64,000 nucleotides of DNA, from the NCBI GenBank assembly GCA_963674945.2, contig CAXXWQ010000004.1, positions 2,560,001 through 2,624,000 on the forward strand, written 5' to 3'. The translations under genes were made by a program, and so were the position numbers. This document shows positions 25,881 through 36,031 of this stretch, piece after piece. Position 1 is the first letter of the stretch, and every line of letters starts with the position of its first letter. The notes under the pieces are model-generated. The model was given only the letters and a program-made list of their open reading frames with translations. It searched no databases and was not told the DNA's origin. The DNA comes from an uncultured Desulfosarcina sp. GTDB taxonomy: Bacteria > Desulfobacterota > Desulfobacteria > Desulfobacterales > Desulfosarcinaceae.

Positions 25881-27717
25881 AGCGTTAGAGAGAATCAACG
25901 AGCGGCCGGAACCGTTCGCGTTTTACACCGCGAACGACCTATGGACGGATGCGCATACATCGTCACAGATGCTCTCTTTCCACCTAAATGAAACCATCGA
26001 TGTTTCTTCGCGAAACGCGGCGTTTATCGATCGATCGGTGAAATGGATTGCTTCGAAATTCGACATCGGCAAGGATACAAAAATCGCGGACTTCGGCTGC
26101 GGTCCGGGATTGTATGCAACGCGTTTAGCGAAACGGCGGGCGGAAGTGACAGGCATTGATTTCTCGGGCAGGTCCATCGAATATGCAAAGAACGTGGCAT
26201 CCCGGGAGAAGCTGAACATCAGCTATGTATTGCAGAACTATCTGGACTTTGAAACACAGGACCGATTTGACCTTGTCTTGATGATCATGTGCGACTACTG
26301 CGCCCTGAGCCCGACACAAAGAAAAGAGATTCTGAACAAATTCCATAGGATTCTGAAACCGGACGGTTCCGTCCTTCTTGATGTTTATTCCCTGTCGGCT
26401 TTTGACCAAAGAGAAGAGGTGGCGACATACGAAGTAAACCTGCTCAATGGATTCTGGTCGCCGAATAAGTACTATGGCTTTCTGAATACCGTAAAATACG
26501 ATGAAGAGAAGGTCGCATTGGACAAATACACAATCGTTGAACCGGAGCGCACCAGAACGGTGTTCAACTGGCTGCAATATTTTTCACCCGAGGATCTGGG
26601 GAAAGAGTTTCAGGATGCCGGATTTTGCATTGAGGGTCTTTACTCGGACGTCATGGGGACCCCGTATGATCGGAACTCCGATGAATTTGCGGTCATCGCC
26701 AAAAGGGCTTGGACCGGCACAGAACATCAGAATAGGCAGATCATCATGGAAAGAGGAACAGATATGAAAACTTCCGCAACCGGCAGGTATGATATCGGAA
26801 AGTGCAGGAGCGTCAGGATCAAATGTGTTTCTGAATTGGGATGGTTCGACTCAGAAAGAGTCTTGGAGCAGATGATGGAAGCGGGCGGACCTGAAACGAG
26901 TCAGTGGGATATTCCCTGGGACATCCAAAATGCGGCCGGATGCTGTTCGCTGGTCGATATGGAGGCAATCGATGGTTCCCGTCACAAATTTCTAATGGAC
27001 ACGGGATGGAACAACCAGTACATGGATGAGGCGTTTGCGCGTGAGGGGATTGATAAGATGCTCACAAACGGAGAGATCGAGTTTCTCATCATTACCCACG
27101 AACATCTGGATCACTATTGGGGGTTGGAAACCACCTTACGATACAACCCTGAAATCAAGATTATCATTCCCGATACTTTTTCTTCCGAAGGCTTGTCTTT
27201 TCTCAAAGGAGCCGAATTCAGCGATTCCAATACCCGCAACGTAATTCCCCATAGAGGAAATTTGATTAAAACCGGACCAGGCATTGTAAACAAATTATAT
27301 GAAGGATGTGCCTGCGTTGCCTTTGATCTGCCGATCCTAATGCGTGTTCGTGGTGAGCAGTCCTTGTTTTTCAATGTCCAGGACAAAGGGATTGTCTGTG
27401 TGACAGGCTGCTGTCACCAGAGCATCTTGGCGCTCGCCGATTTCGCGCGGGAAAACATTGTCGGCGGTGATACCATTTACGGTGTTTATGGCGGATTGCA
27501 CATTGCTCCCTTCGGCCCGATGAATTCCGAAAGTGAACATATTGTCAGAGAAATGGGAAAATACAATTTCAGCAAAATCGCCTGCAACCATTGTACTGGC
27601 ATTTCGGCAGTGGAAAAGATGGTAGAACTCGGCTATCCGATTGTTCGGGGGACGGGCAGTTTCGGATCGAAAAGTGATCTTTATATCGGAAATGGGGATC
27701 AGGTTGTTTTCGGATAA
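25873..27717 (+). CDS. Class I SAM methyltransferase joined in frame to an MBL-fold metallo-hydrolase (probably two genes merged by stop-codon loss)
   Basis: DFGCGPG / GIDFS in N-half; DTG, THEHLDH..G, GCCH, GGLH, NHCTG in C-half; internal RBS GAGGA and ATG at 26764. Confidence 0.8.
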   Translation: MFEALERINERPEPFAFYTANDLWTDAHTSSQMLSFHLNETIDVSSRNAAFIDRSVKWIASKFDIGKDTKIADFGCGPGLYATRLAKRRAEVTGIDFSGRSIEYAKNVASREKLNISYVLQNYLDFETQDRFDLVLMIMCDYCALSPTQRKEILNKFHRILKPDGSVLLDVYSLSAFDQREEVATYEVNLLNGFWSPNKYYGFLNTVKYDEEKVALDKYTIVEPERTRTVFNWLQYFSPEDLGKEFQDAGFCIEGLYSDVMGTPYDRNSDEFAVIAKRAWTGTEHQNRQIIMERGTDMKTSATGRYDIGKCRSVRIKCVSELGWFDSERVLEQMMEAGGPETSQWDIPWDIQNAAGCCSLVDMEAIDGSRHKFLMDTGWNNQYMDEAFAREGIDKMLTNGEIEFLIITHEHLDHYWGLETTLRYNPEIKIIIPDTFSSEGLSFLKGAEFSDSNTRNVIPHRGNLIKTGPGIVNKLYEGCACVAFDLPILMRVRGEQSLFFNVQDKGIVCVTGCCHQSILALADFARENIVGGDTIYGVYGGLHIAPFGPMNSESEHIVREMGKYNFSKIACNHCTGISAVEKMVELGYPIVRGTGSFGSKSDLYIGNGDQVVFG

Positions 27718-27882
27718 TGGCTATGGCCTGGATGATCCGATCGATATTTTTTGGGATTATTTCAATATATCTTCATCACACCAAATTCTATATTTATCAT
27801 GCTCTCGGCGCAGGCTCACCCGAAAACAACTCAGGTTGTGAACAAATGCTATAAATTCTAATGGCCCATCATATAATAGTAA

Positions 27883-27927
27883 TTGACAAATAGAATTTAA
27901 TTGGTTATAAAAAGTGAATTGAATTCA
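27883..27927 (+). promoter_or_regulatory. Near-consensus sigma70 promoter with downstream operator-like palindrome
   Basis: TTGACA-17 nt-TATAAA (27883-27911), then TGAATT-G-AATTCA (27915-27927). Confidence 0.6.
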
Positions 27928-28159
27928 TTCAGACTTCGTTTTTGGCCCTCCTGGGAAAAGAAGCGATGAATTATGAACTTTTTGTTCATGGAGTATATTG
28001 GTTTTTACGTTACAACGTAGATCCGAGCATCATTATGAATGAGGGCACAACGAAATCCGAGTATTTAAGCGGTATCCTTGCCGCTGCCCCGAATGGTCGT
28101 TGCGTTCAACATACGAATTGAATCTTTAAATGAAAACTGAGAAACAGAAAGGCTTTTTA

Positions 28160-28543
28160 ATGAAAAAATTGCTGAAGCAGAATGGCTTTATCCTCACTGC
28201 TGCATTCTTTTTTTCGGTTTCAACATTGATTGGATGTGGCAGTGGAAATGACCTTCAGTCCCAAGTTAGCGGAACGTGGCAACGCATTCAAGGTGAAGGG
28301 ACCGTCGAAATAAATCTTGAAAAGATGCCTTACAGTTTGAAATTTAACGATAAATTATATTCTGTTACTATCGAAGAAATTGATAAGGAAAAGAACAACG
28401 TTTATCTGCAGGTAGAAACCACAGCCGGGCAAAAAGAAGATTGGACCCTCCATCAGGTATGGGATGATAACGGATCCAGCTTCAAAATAGCCTTTACTCA
28501 CAATGGGACCAAGGAAATCCTGGGGTCAAAAATTCACACCTGA
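28160..28543 (+). CDS. Small lipoprotein, unknown function
   Basis: Lipobox LIGC, then GTW beta-rich domain; AT-rich. Confidence 0.7.
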   Translation: MKKLLKQNGFILTAAFFFSVSTLIGCGSGNDLQSQVSGTWQRIQGEGTVEINLEKMPYSLKFNDKLYSVTIEEIDKEKNNVYLQVETTAGQKEDWTLHQVWDDNGSSFKIAFTHNGTKEILGSKIHT

Positions 28544-28834
28544 CAATTTCGCCATTATAATTACAAAAGCGCTGTCATTGCTACTTTACAGGGTCTTTCT
28601 CAGCCTGGCAAAATATCTTTTGCATATGGATTTACGGAGCCTATATTCCAGATAGCCTAAATTTTAAACGACTCGGGTCATACGATCAACGGCGGTTTCA
28701 CAAACTTGCCCCGTTTCCAAAACCGCCGTGGTAAATGAATGATCGAAAGCGCCTGTCTTGCTTTTTGCGAGTTCCAGTCCAATGCAGTTGCGCAACACCG
28801 ACCACAAGTCAAACGCCCATGTTCGTTGTTTCGG

Positions 28835-29800
28835 CTATCCTTCCGCCTTTTTCTCGAGTTCATCCAGTTTGTCCGGATCGGAGACGGCGATGTCCACAAG
28901 GCTCTTGGGGATGGAGCTTTGTTCACACATCGTGCGAATCTCCTTTTCCACATCACTGAACTCCATGATTTCGCGAATGGATTCGATGAAAAAGAGCATA
29001 TCTTCCGATGAAATGTCTTCCAGCGCCGGACCTTCGGCTTCCGCTTTCTTTCGGGCGGCTTCCTCTTCGGCCAGCCGCTGCTTCTCCTTCATCTCCTCTT
29101 CCATGGACTTTTTGACCGCATCGATGGTGCCCTGATCCACCTTCATCATCTCGATGATCAATGCTTCGGTGACTTCATTGTCAAAGAGATGCTTGACCTT
29201 TTCTTCTTCTGATTTGGAGGCGACTTTTTCTAGCAGGATGGACACTCTTTCTCTCTCTGCCTGCTCCTTTTTTATCGCCGCCTGCACCTGTTTCAGCTGG
29301 TCTTCGGTAATTTCAAGGGAACTGATGATGGTTTTCGCATTGATCTCTTCTTCGATCAACATACGAATGCCTTTATCATCGGGCATGCCCTTGGCCTTGG
29401 CAACCAGCAAATCGAGTTTCGCCTTTTCGACGGCCCGGACCACTTCCGGACGACGCTCAGGCGTTCTGAGTTCAGGCCAGGTCTTGCCGATATCATCGAG
29501 AAGTCTGGTGGTTGCCCCAAAAGGATCGGTGACATCCTCCAGTGTGAAGGCGGCGATGGCACCATTGAGATCCTTCAACATGGGCTTTCCGACACTTCGC
29601 ATTTTATCGACGGCCCATCTCAACTGCATCAGGTTGCCTCCGTGACGGGAAACGTTGTAGCCGGCTTTATCCAATTCACCGGCAATCTGTTGAATCGATG
29701 ATTCTACGTTGCCCTCCGAAATATCCTTGGCTTCGAGAGCAAGAATGTTTTCCTCCATTGCAAGCCAAAGAGGCCTCTTTTTTGCTTCACTCGTCGTCAT
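28835..29800 (-). CDS. Hypothetical helical, K/E-rich protein
   Basis: Long ORF with GGAGG RBS before ATG 29800; no motif recognised. Confidence 0.75.
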   Translation of the reverse strand: MTTSEAKKRPLWLAMEENILALEAKDISEGNVESSIQQIAGELDKAGYNVSRHGGNLMQLRWAVDKMRSVGKPMLKDLNGAIAAFTLEDVTDPFGATTRLLDDIGKTWPELRTPERRPEVVRAVEKAKLDLLVAKAKGMPDDKGIRMLIEEEINAKTIISSLEITEDQLKQVQAAIKKEQAERERVSILLEKVASKSEEEKVKHLFDNEVTEALIIEMMKVDQGTIDAVKKSMEEEMKEKQRLAEEEAARKKAEAEGPALEDISSEDMLFFIESIREIMEFSDVEKEIRTMCEQSSIPKSLVDIAVSDPDKLDELEKKAEG

Positions 29801-30113
29801 CCTCCAGTCTCCTTTCTGAATTTTCAATTCGGTGGTTTCGATGCGCAAAGGGTTATCGCTGAAACCCAGCGGTTTCCCTAATGTTTCAATGGGTAATGAA
29901 AATGAAGTCCTTTTGCCAGGCAGAGTCTATAGAGACCAGTACATTCGAGTCAAGCAAAATTTGAAATGGATAAGGGCGGGCAATGGATAAGGACAAGCCG
30001 ATGGAAAATATCGCTTTTGGATAGCGTGACGATTTTGTGCGAATCGCTTTGATCGTTTTTGTTTTGCAACCATGTTTGGTTTTCATGTATGATATATGAT
30101 CAAGGAGAAAAAC

Positions 30114-30758
30114 ATGAAAAAAATGGCAAACCCACTCTCCATTGCGGTCTTGGCCGTTCTTTTGCTTGCCTGTACCGGTTCGCGTATGCAAATGACGCCC
30201 ACCCACGTGGAAGAAACGGCGGCAGGGACACCGATCACAGATACGCTGATTATCGTCGTGATTGACGATGAAGAACTCAGGACGGTCTTCGAAAAGCATT
30301 TCAAGGATTGGCTGGCGTCCAAAGGCGTTGAGGCGGTTACCAGCTCCGAAATATTCCCCGGCCAACAGGATATCAGGTTGGAAAAACAGGTGATCGATGA
30401 TGTTATCGATAAATATGAAAATGACTCCGTGTTGATCACCCATTTGGTGAAGTTTGACGAGAACGAAGTATTCAACCGAGACCGACCTCAGTTTGTCGGC
30501 ACATACTATAGCTATTATGGATATGCATGGGGCTATGTCTACCACCCCACTGTCTATGGTGAAACGGTTCGATACACACTCGAAACCCTTCTGTACGATG
30601 TGAAAACCCAAAAACCGATCTGGTCAGGCGAGTCGAAAATAACCAATCCCAAAACCGCCGGGCAGGCCATCAGCCAGGTAGTGGCGGCGGTAATGGAGGA
30701 ACTGGAAAAAAACGGTCTTTTGCCCGCCCCGTCCTCTGTGAGGACAAAAACCCAATAG
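30114..30758 (+). CDS. Lipoprotein (DUF4136-like)
   Basis: Lipobox LLAC; Y/G-rich loop YYSYYGYAW; LETLLYDVKT.KPIWSG; AAGGAG RBS. Confidence 0.7.
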   Translation: MKKMANPLSIAVLAVLLLACTGSRMQMTPTHVEETAAGTPITDTLIIVVIDDEELRTVFEKHFKDWLASKGVEAVTSSEIFPGQQDIRLEKQVIDDVIDKYENDSVLITHLVKFDENEVFNRDRPQFVGTYYSYYGYAWGYVYHPTVYGETVRYTLETLLYDVKTQKPIWSGESKITNPKTAGQAISQVVAAVMEELEKNGLLPAPSSVRTKTQ

Positions 30759-30901
30759 ACATCCTTCATACAGAAAAATTCGTGGATCGAGGCAGTGTAC
30801 CTATTTGAATTGCTGATGGTGAAAATTTTCATACATCGCTTCCCTTTTTTCGGGTAATTTGGTAAAAGTAACAGAAGCTTACAATAGATATCGAGGAAAT
30901 C

Positions 30902-31180
30902 ATGATACCGATTATAAAAGAGCAGCTTCAGTCTTTGACGGACCGGCTGGATGATCCGAACCAGCTCGATGCATGCAAGGATGAAATGCGCCGTATTCGT
31001 GATAAACAGTGGGAATCGTTCCGAAGTTCCGAAGGCTCCTGTTGTCTCGTGCCCAGTCCGGACGCCGATCTTTTCAGCGAGGTTCATATGATGGATCGGG
31101 TGGTTACGGCTCTCGAACAACGGGATGCCGCCGAAGCCGCATCCCTGTTGCGGGAAGCCCTTTCGAGCGCCGATACGTAG
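30902..31180 (+). CDS. Small hypothetical protein
   Basis: GAGG RBS, 92-aa helical ORF with vicinal CC, followed by hairpin TCGAATTG-N5-CAATTCGA. Confidence 0.55.
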   Translation: MIPIIKEQLQSLTDRLDDPNQLDACKDEMRRIRDKQWESFRSSEGSCCLVPSPDADLFSEVHMMDRVVTALEQRDAAEAASLLREALSSADT

Positions 31181-31459
31181 GCAATCGAATTGAGAGGCAA
31201 TTCGACTCTCTCCAACATTACGGATGCGGAGTCAATTTTTTCGCTACTTGGAAAAATGGATAAAGAAATCCTAGGTGATGCCGATATAGATGCAAGCCCC
31301 AAAAAAACGTGATCTTCCAGGGGGGAACCATAACTTACAAATCGGGATCATGATACAATTATACGTGGCCGGCATGGCACAGACAAACTGAAGGTCTTTT
31401 TCAATCTTCATTCGGGTGGGCAAAAGGCCCCATGGATGAAAAGCAAGAAAGGAACGATC

Positions 31460-32509
31460 ATGAAAAAAGCGTTTTCGATTACCGGCGTATTGATTGGCAT
31501 CGCGATTCTCGCCTTGCTGCCCATCGCATGCGGTGGCGGTGGTGATGGTGGTGGCGTCACTCCGGGCGGCGGGGGAGGCGGGACATCTCCGACAATGGTG
31601 CTCGATCAGACCAAAGTGGATGAAATCCTTACCGTCGTTGATGAAACCATGCCATTTTGTACGCGAGACGGAAGCGCGACGCAGGCTGCCACATCGACAA
31701 TGAAAACAATGGCTCGCCTTGGAACCGAAGTCATGGACAGCATCGGTGTTCAATATGCCAACCAGACAGCGATTGCCCCGTCCGCAACAGTTCCAATCGA
31801 TCCAATTCCGGGAGATTGCGCCACCAATCCGGGTCAATTGGTTCCCACCATTGATATGGATCAAAGCACCGGGGCATTCTCCGGCCAAATCGATTTTCAG
31901 AGCCTCTGTATCGATGGCGGAGCGGCCGGCGAAATCAATATCGACGGCGCAGGCACGTTCAACGGCACGATTGACGATCTTGAAAATCCACAATCCGTCA
32001 CACTGAACGTCGCCACGGTCAGCCCGGGCATTCAAATCGGCACCCAGGATGTCAGCACCAACATTTCCATCACCGGTTTCAGCATGTCCCTGTCCCTCAA
32101 CGAGGACCAATCCAGCGGAACCTTGTCTGTTACCCTGACCGACGCAACAGTAACGGCGACCGACAGCGAGGGAGAGGAATCCGTTTCCCTGACGAATTTT
32201 ACCCTGTCGGCGAGCGTTGCCGGAACCGGCGAGGTGACCAATGTTACCATTAATGCATCCGGAACCGTCTCCCAGACCGGAGAGGGCACCGTCACCTTCA
32301 CGCTCACCGATGTAATCATCGATTCAGACGGCAATATTGTCGGTGGCAGCATCGTCATTGCCGGAGCCAACAACACGACAATCACCATCACGCCGACATC
32401 GGGCAGTGACTTCGTCGTCTCTGCTGATACGGATGGAGACGGGACCGACGATTTCAGTTGCGCCTATTCATGCGACACTGACCTACTCATGGAGTCGTCC
32501 GCTCCGTAA
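31460..32509 (+). CDS. Surface lipoprotein, Thr/Ser/Gly-rich beta protein
   Basis: Lipobox PIAC, Gly-rich tether, beta-strand-rich body, C-terminal DTDGDG. Confidence 0.75.
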   Translation: MKKAFSITGVLIGIAILALLPIACGGGGDGGGVTPGGGGGGTSPTMVLDQTKVDEILTVVDETMPFCTRDGSATQAATSTMKTMARLGTEVMDSIGVQYANQTAIAPSATVPIDPIPGDCATNPGQLVPTIDMDQSTGAFSGQIDFQSLCIDGGAAGEINIDGAGTFNGTIDDLENPQSVTLNVATVSPGIQIGTQDVSTNISITGFSMSLSLNEDQSSGTLSVTLTDATVTATDSEGEESVSLTNFTLSASVAGTGEVTNVTINASGTVSQTGEGTVTFTLTDVIIDSDGNIVGGSIVIAGANNTTITITPTSGSDFVVSADTDGDGTDDFSCAYSCDTDLLMESSAP

Positions 32510-32605
32510 TTCGGTCATGGCCGACCGAATGCAGCAAAAAGGGGTGTCGTTCATTTAAAAAGCCAAGGCCACGGATTCGACACCTCTTCATCACCTAAAA
32601 CAGAT

Positions 32606-32637
32606 AAGGGGCGATCCACTTGCACGGATCGCCCCTT
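32606..32637. terminator. Stem-loop terminator between convergent genes
   Basis: AAGGGGCGATCC-N8-GGATCGCCCCTT. Confidence 0.75.
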
Positions 32638-32666
32638 CTTCCGTCTTTGGTTTTTTCAGGAATCGA

Positions 32667-33155
32667 TTACCAGATTTTCAGGCCCTTTCCCTTCAGCCGA
32701 ATCAATTCATCCGTGGTGATTCGGAGGCGTTCGGCGAGGACATCCGCGAAGACACGATAGATCACATACCCGAAGGCCAGCTTGTCGGTTCCGGTCAACT
32801 GCTCGATGTAATAGATATCCGTGGCCAGACATACCGTCTCCTCCATGGTGACGGCCGATGCCGATCGGGGTGCGCAGGTCATCGCCCCCATCTCACCGAA
32901 GATATCGCCCCTGCGTTGAAGCAAGGCCACCGGCTTGTTGTCCTTCATCAGCCGCACCTTTCCGTAAACCAGAAAATAAAGCCACGTGTCTGCGCTTCCC
33001 TGTTCGAAAATGGTCTCCTTTGCACCGTATTTTCTGATCTTGCTCATGGACATGAGGTGGTGGAGTTCGTCGTCTTGAAACGGCTCGAAAATTTCAAATT
33101 TTTTGATATCCGACAAAACACGCTGGTTCCCCCGTAAAAAATCGGTCTCTTGCAT
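32667..33155 (-). CDS. Stand-alone cyclic nucleotide-binding domain protein
   Basis: IFEQG…LYFLVYGKV…GDIFGEMG…PRSAS; no HTH. Confidence 0.85.
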   Translation of the reverse strand: MQETDFLRGNQRVLSDIKKFEIFEPFQDDELHHLMSMSKIRKYGAKETIFEQGSADTWLYFLVYGKVRLMKDNKPVALLQRRGDIFGEMGAMTCAPRSASAVTMEETVCLATDIYYIEQLTGTDKLAFGYVIYRVFADVLAERLRITTDELIRLKGKGLKIW

Positions 33156-33321
33156 GGTGACTGATCCTCTCTGGCCCGACCGCTTATCAAGACAGCTAAA
33201 ACGGTATTGGAATAGTAACCGTCGATTCGCAAAAAGAGATGGCGCCCAATCATGCACACCCGATGAATCGACATCGATAATTCCATCTTAGTGCAAGAAA
33301 GGGGAAAGGCAACAGATTTTT

Positions 33322-34437
33322 TTATGCATCGGCGCGTTGTGCGAGCCGGGTAACCCAGGCCTTGATGACGGAATTTACCAGGGTTGCCAGGGGAACGGCG
33401 AAAAAGAGCCCCCAAACCCCCCACAAGCCCCCGAACAGTAACACCGCCACAACGATGGCAAGGGGGTGCAGATTCACCACTTCGGAGAGCAAAAGGGGTG
33501 CCAGCAGGTTGCCGTCCAGGATTTGAATCACGGCATAGGCCACCATGGCCCAGGCGAAATCACCACTCCACCCCCACTGGATGAAAGCGACCAGGGCCAT
33601 GACGAACCCCATCACCGTTACCCCGATATAGGGAATGATGACCGACATCCCCACGAACATGGAGACAACAAGGGCGAATTGCAGCCCCATGGCCTTGAAT
33701 ACGGCATAGCTGATTGCCCAGATGATGAGCAGTTCCCATCCTTTTCCCCGGATATAATTGGTGATCTGATCATTCGCCTCCTGCCAGACGGACTCGGTGA
33801 GGTCCATGTTGTCGGGAAGAAAACGTCGGCCCCAGTTCAATATCAGATCTTTGTCCTTGAGCATGAAAAAGACCATGAGAGGCACCAACACCAGGTAGAC
33901 CACGATTTGAATGAGACCCAGTACCGACGCCAGGGACACGGTCAGTACCCGTCTGCCCAAGGTGGTGATGCCGTCACTGAGCAGATTGATCACTTCGTTC
34001 ACCTGGTTCTGGGAAATCAGGTCCGGATAGATGGTGGGCAGTTGCAGCAGGCGTTCTTGAATGGTTACCAGCATGCCGGGCAACTGGTGGACGAGTTGGC
34101 TGATCTGCTTGACGGTCAGGGGAATGAGCCACAGGATCATGACGATCATGCCAAGCATGAAAACGGTGAAGACGATCCCTACGGCGGCCATTCGGGGGAC
34201 GTGGGAGCGATGAAGCAGCGCCACCAGACCTTCGAGCAGATAAGCGATAATGACGCTGATGAGCACCGGGGCCAAAAGATTGCCCAGAAAGTAGATCAGA
34301 CCCGCCCCCACCAGGAGCACGAGACCCAGAATCAATCGCTGGGGATCGGAAAAGTGCCGCTTTTGCCAACGCCTGAACAACCCGCCGACGGTTTGGTTTT
34401 GCTGATCCGTTTTTTCCTGTCCATTGCTGGAATTCAT
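33322..34437 (-). CDS. AI-2E family transporter (PerM-like)
   Basis: Multi-TM; IAYLLEG, FFMLKD, IPYIG, QILDGNLL.P.L.SE.VNLHP, A.PLA. Confidence 0.9.
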   Translation of the reverse strand: MNSSNGQEKTDQQNQTVGGLFRRWQKRHFSDPQRLILGLVLLVGAGLIYFLGNLLAPVLISVIIAYLLEGLVALLHRSHVPRMAAVGIVFTVFMLGMIVMILWLIPLTVKQISQLVHQLPGMLVTIQERLLQLPTIYPDLISQNQVNEVINLLSDGITTLGRRVLTVSLASVLGLIQIVVYLVLVPLMVFFMLKDKDLILNWGRRFLPDNMDLTESVWQEANDQITNYIRGKGWELLIIWAISYAVFKAMGLQFALVVSMFVGMSVIIPYIGVTVMGFVMALVAFIQWGWSGDFAWAMVAYAVIQILDGNLLAPLLLSEVVNLHPLAIVVAVLLFGGLWGVWGLFFAVPLATLVNSVIKAWVTRLAQRADA

Positions 34438-34449
34438 CGGCTTGCAACC

Positions 34450-35055
34450 CTAAAAATGGTATTCGTAAAACAGCCCCAAGGAATCCATACCTTCGTTTTC
34501 GGAGGCCAGGTAGGCATTGGAGATGTGGTCGAAGGCAAAAATGATCCGGTGACGCCGGTTCATGACATATCCAAACTCCAGTGGAATCCGGAACAGCACA
34601 GGTGAACCCAAAGATTTTCGTTCCGGATTGTCCGTATCCGTCTCTCCGTTGTGCAGGGCCAGGCCAAGCCCCGTCGTGAAAAAGAGGTCCCACCCAAGCA
34701 TCCAGGTCAACTGTGCGCCGCCATATACCTTGCTGGTATCTCCGCGAGTGTTGATACTGCCCCCAATGCTGGGGAAAAGGGTTGTCCCCAGAACACGGAA
34801 AAAGGGATGATTGAAGACCACCTGAACGCATACATCCGGCCCCCTCTCCCTGGAACAATGGCTCCACAATCCATCGACATCATGGACGGCCAATCCCACA
34901 CGAACCGCCTTGACCATGGGGGAAGGGCGGGCCGTTTCATCGGCGACACTGGTACCACCAAAGGCGGCCAGGATCAAAAACAGGGTCGTCGTGCCGATCC
35001 GCCGCCACGGAAGGTACGACATCCGATTCCATCCAACGGTACGAAAATGGATCAT
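34450..35055 (-). CDS. Acyloxyacyl hydrolase / PagL-like lipid A 3-O-deacylase
   Basis: Small beta-barrel with LGS.VLFR, HISNA.L…NEG.D, terminal F; ATGA overlap with trxB. Confidence 0.8.
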   Translation of the reverse strand: MIHFRTVGWNRMSYLPWRRIGTTTLFLILAAFGGTSVADETARPSPMVKAVRVGLAVHDVDGLWSHCSRERGPDVCVQVVFNHPFFRVLGTTLFPSIGGSINTRGDTSKVYGGAQLTWMLGWDLFFTTGLGLALHNGETDTDNPERKSLGSPVLFRIPLEFGYVMNRRHRIIFAFDHISNAYLASENEGMDSLGLFYEYHF

Positions 35056-36029
35056 CCGGCAGCGTCCGAAGGCAAGGCGCATGAATCCGCTCGCGTCGAT
35101 TTTTTTGCCTCCACATAGTGGGCGGCCGCCAGCGCTGCCGTGCATCCATCGGCCGCCGACAGGACGATCTGCCTTGCGAATTTTTCCCTCAGGTCTCCGA
35201 TAATGAAAATACCGGGAGTGTTGGTCTCACACTTTTCGTCCGTCATCACCAGACCATCGGCATTCATGCGGGTACCGGCAGGAACGAGCTCATTGTTGGG
35301 ATTGAAACCGATAAAGATAAAGACACCGTCCACATCCAAATCTCGTACCGCATCCGTAACGGTATCTTTCAGACCTACACCCTCGACACCTTCCGCACCT
35401 GCCTTGATCTCCGTCAAGACGGTGTTCCACAGCATCTCGATGTTGCAATCTTCGAAAACCCGCTGCTGGAGAATCTTGCTCGCGCGAAGCTCATCCCGGC
35501 GATGAGCGATATAGACTTTCTTACACAATTTGGCCAGGTAGAGCGCCTCCTCGGCGGCACTGTCCCCGCCGCCGACCACCACAACGGTTTTCCCCCGAAA
35601 GAAAAATCCGTCACAGGTGGCGCAGTAGCTTACACCCTTGCCGTAAAATTCCCTTTCCCCGGGCACGTCGAGCTTCCTCGGGCTCCCACCGGTGGCGAGG
35701 ATCACCGAATGGGCCTTGAGCGTTTCACCGTTTGCCAATCGCACCGTATGATGGTCCAATCCGGGATCCAGGGCCGTCGCCTCCTGGGAAATCATCTCCA
35801 GATCGTAGGATTGGGCGTGTTCTGTGAATTTCATGGACAGCTCGGCACCACTGATGTGGATAAAACCCGGATAATTTTCGACTTCGTCGCTCATGGTGAC
35901 CTGTCCGCCGGTGACGCCCTTTTCCACCAGTGCGGTCGTAAGTGCCGCCCGCATGGCGTAGATGGCGGCCGACAGCCCGCCGGGACCGCCACCGATGATC
36001 ACCAGGTCGTACATTTCGCGTATTGCCAT
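35052..36029 (-). CDS. trxB: Thioredoxin-disulfide reductase
   Basis: GGGPGG, VENYPG, GKGVSYCATCDG, GGGDSA.EEA, HRRD. Confidence 0.95.
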   Translation of the reverse strand: MAIREMYDLVIIGGGPGGLSAAIYAMRAALTTALVEKGVTGGQVTMSDEVENYPGFIHISGAELSMKFTEHAQSYDLEMISQEATALDPGLDHHTVRLANGETLKAHSVILATGGSPRKLDVPGEREFYGKGVSYCATCDGFFFRGKTVVVVGGGDSAAEEALYLAKLCKKVYIAHRRDELRASKILQQRVFEDCNIEMLWNTVLTEIKAGAEGVEGVGLKDTVTDAVRDLDVDGVFIFIGFNPNNELVPAGTRMNADGLVMTDEKCETNTPGIFIIGDLREKFARQIVLSAADGCTAALAAAHYVEAKKSTRADSCALPSDAAG

Positions 36030-36031
36030 GG

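Noticed and set aside
28606..28624. TGGCA…TTGCA as a sigma54 promoter
   Set aside because: GG-to-GC spacing is 13 nt rather than 10 and no gene follows on that strand.
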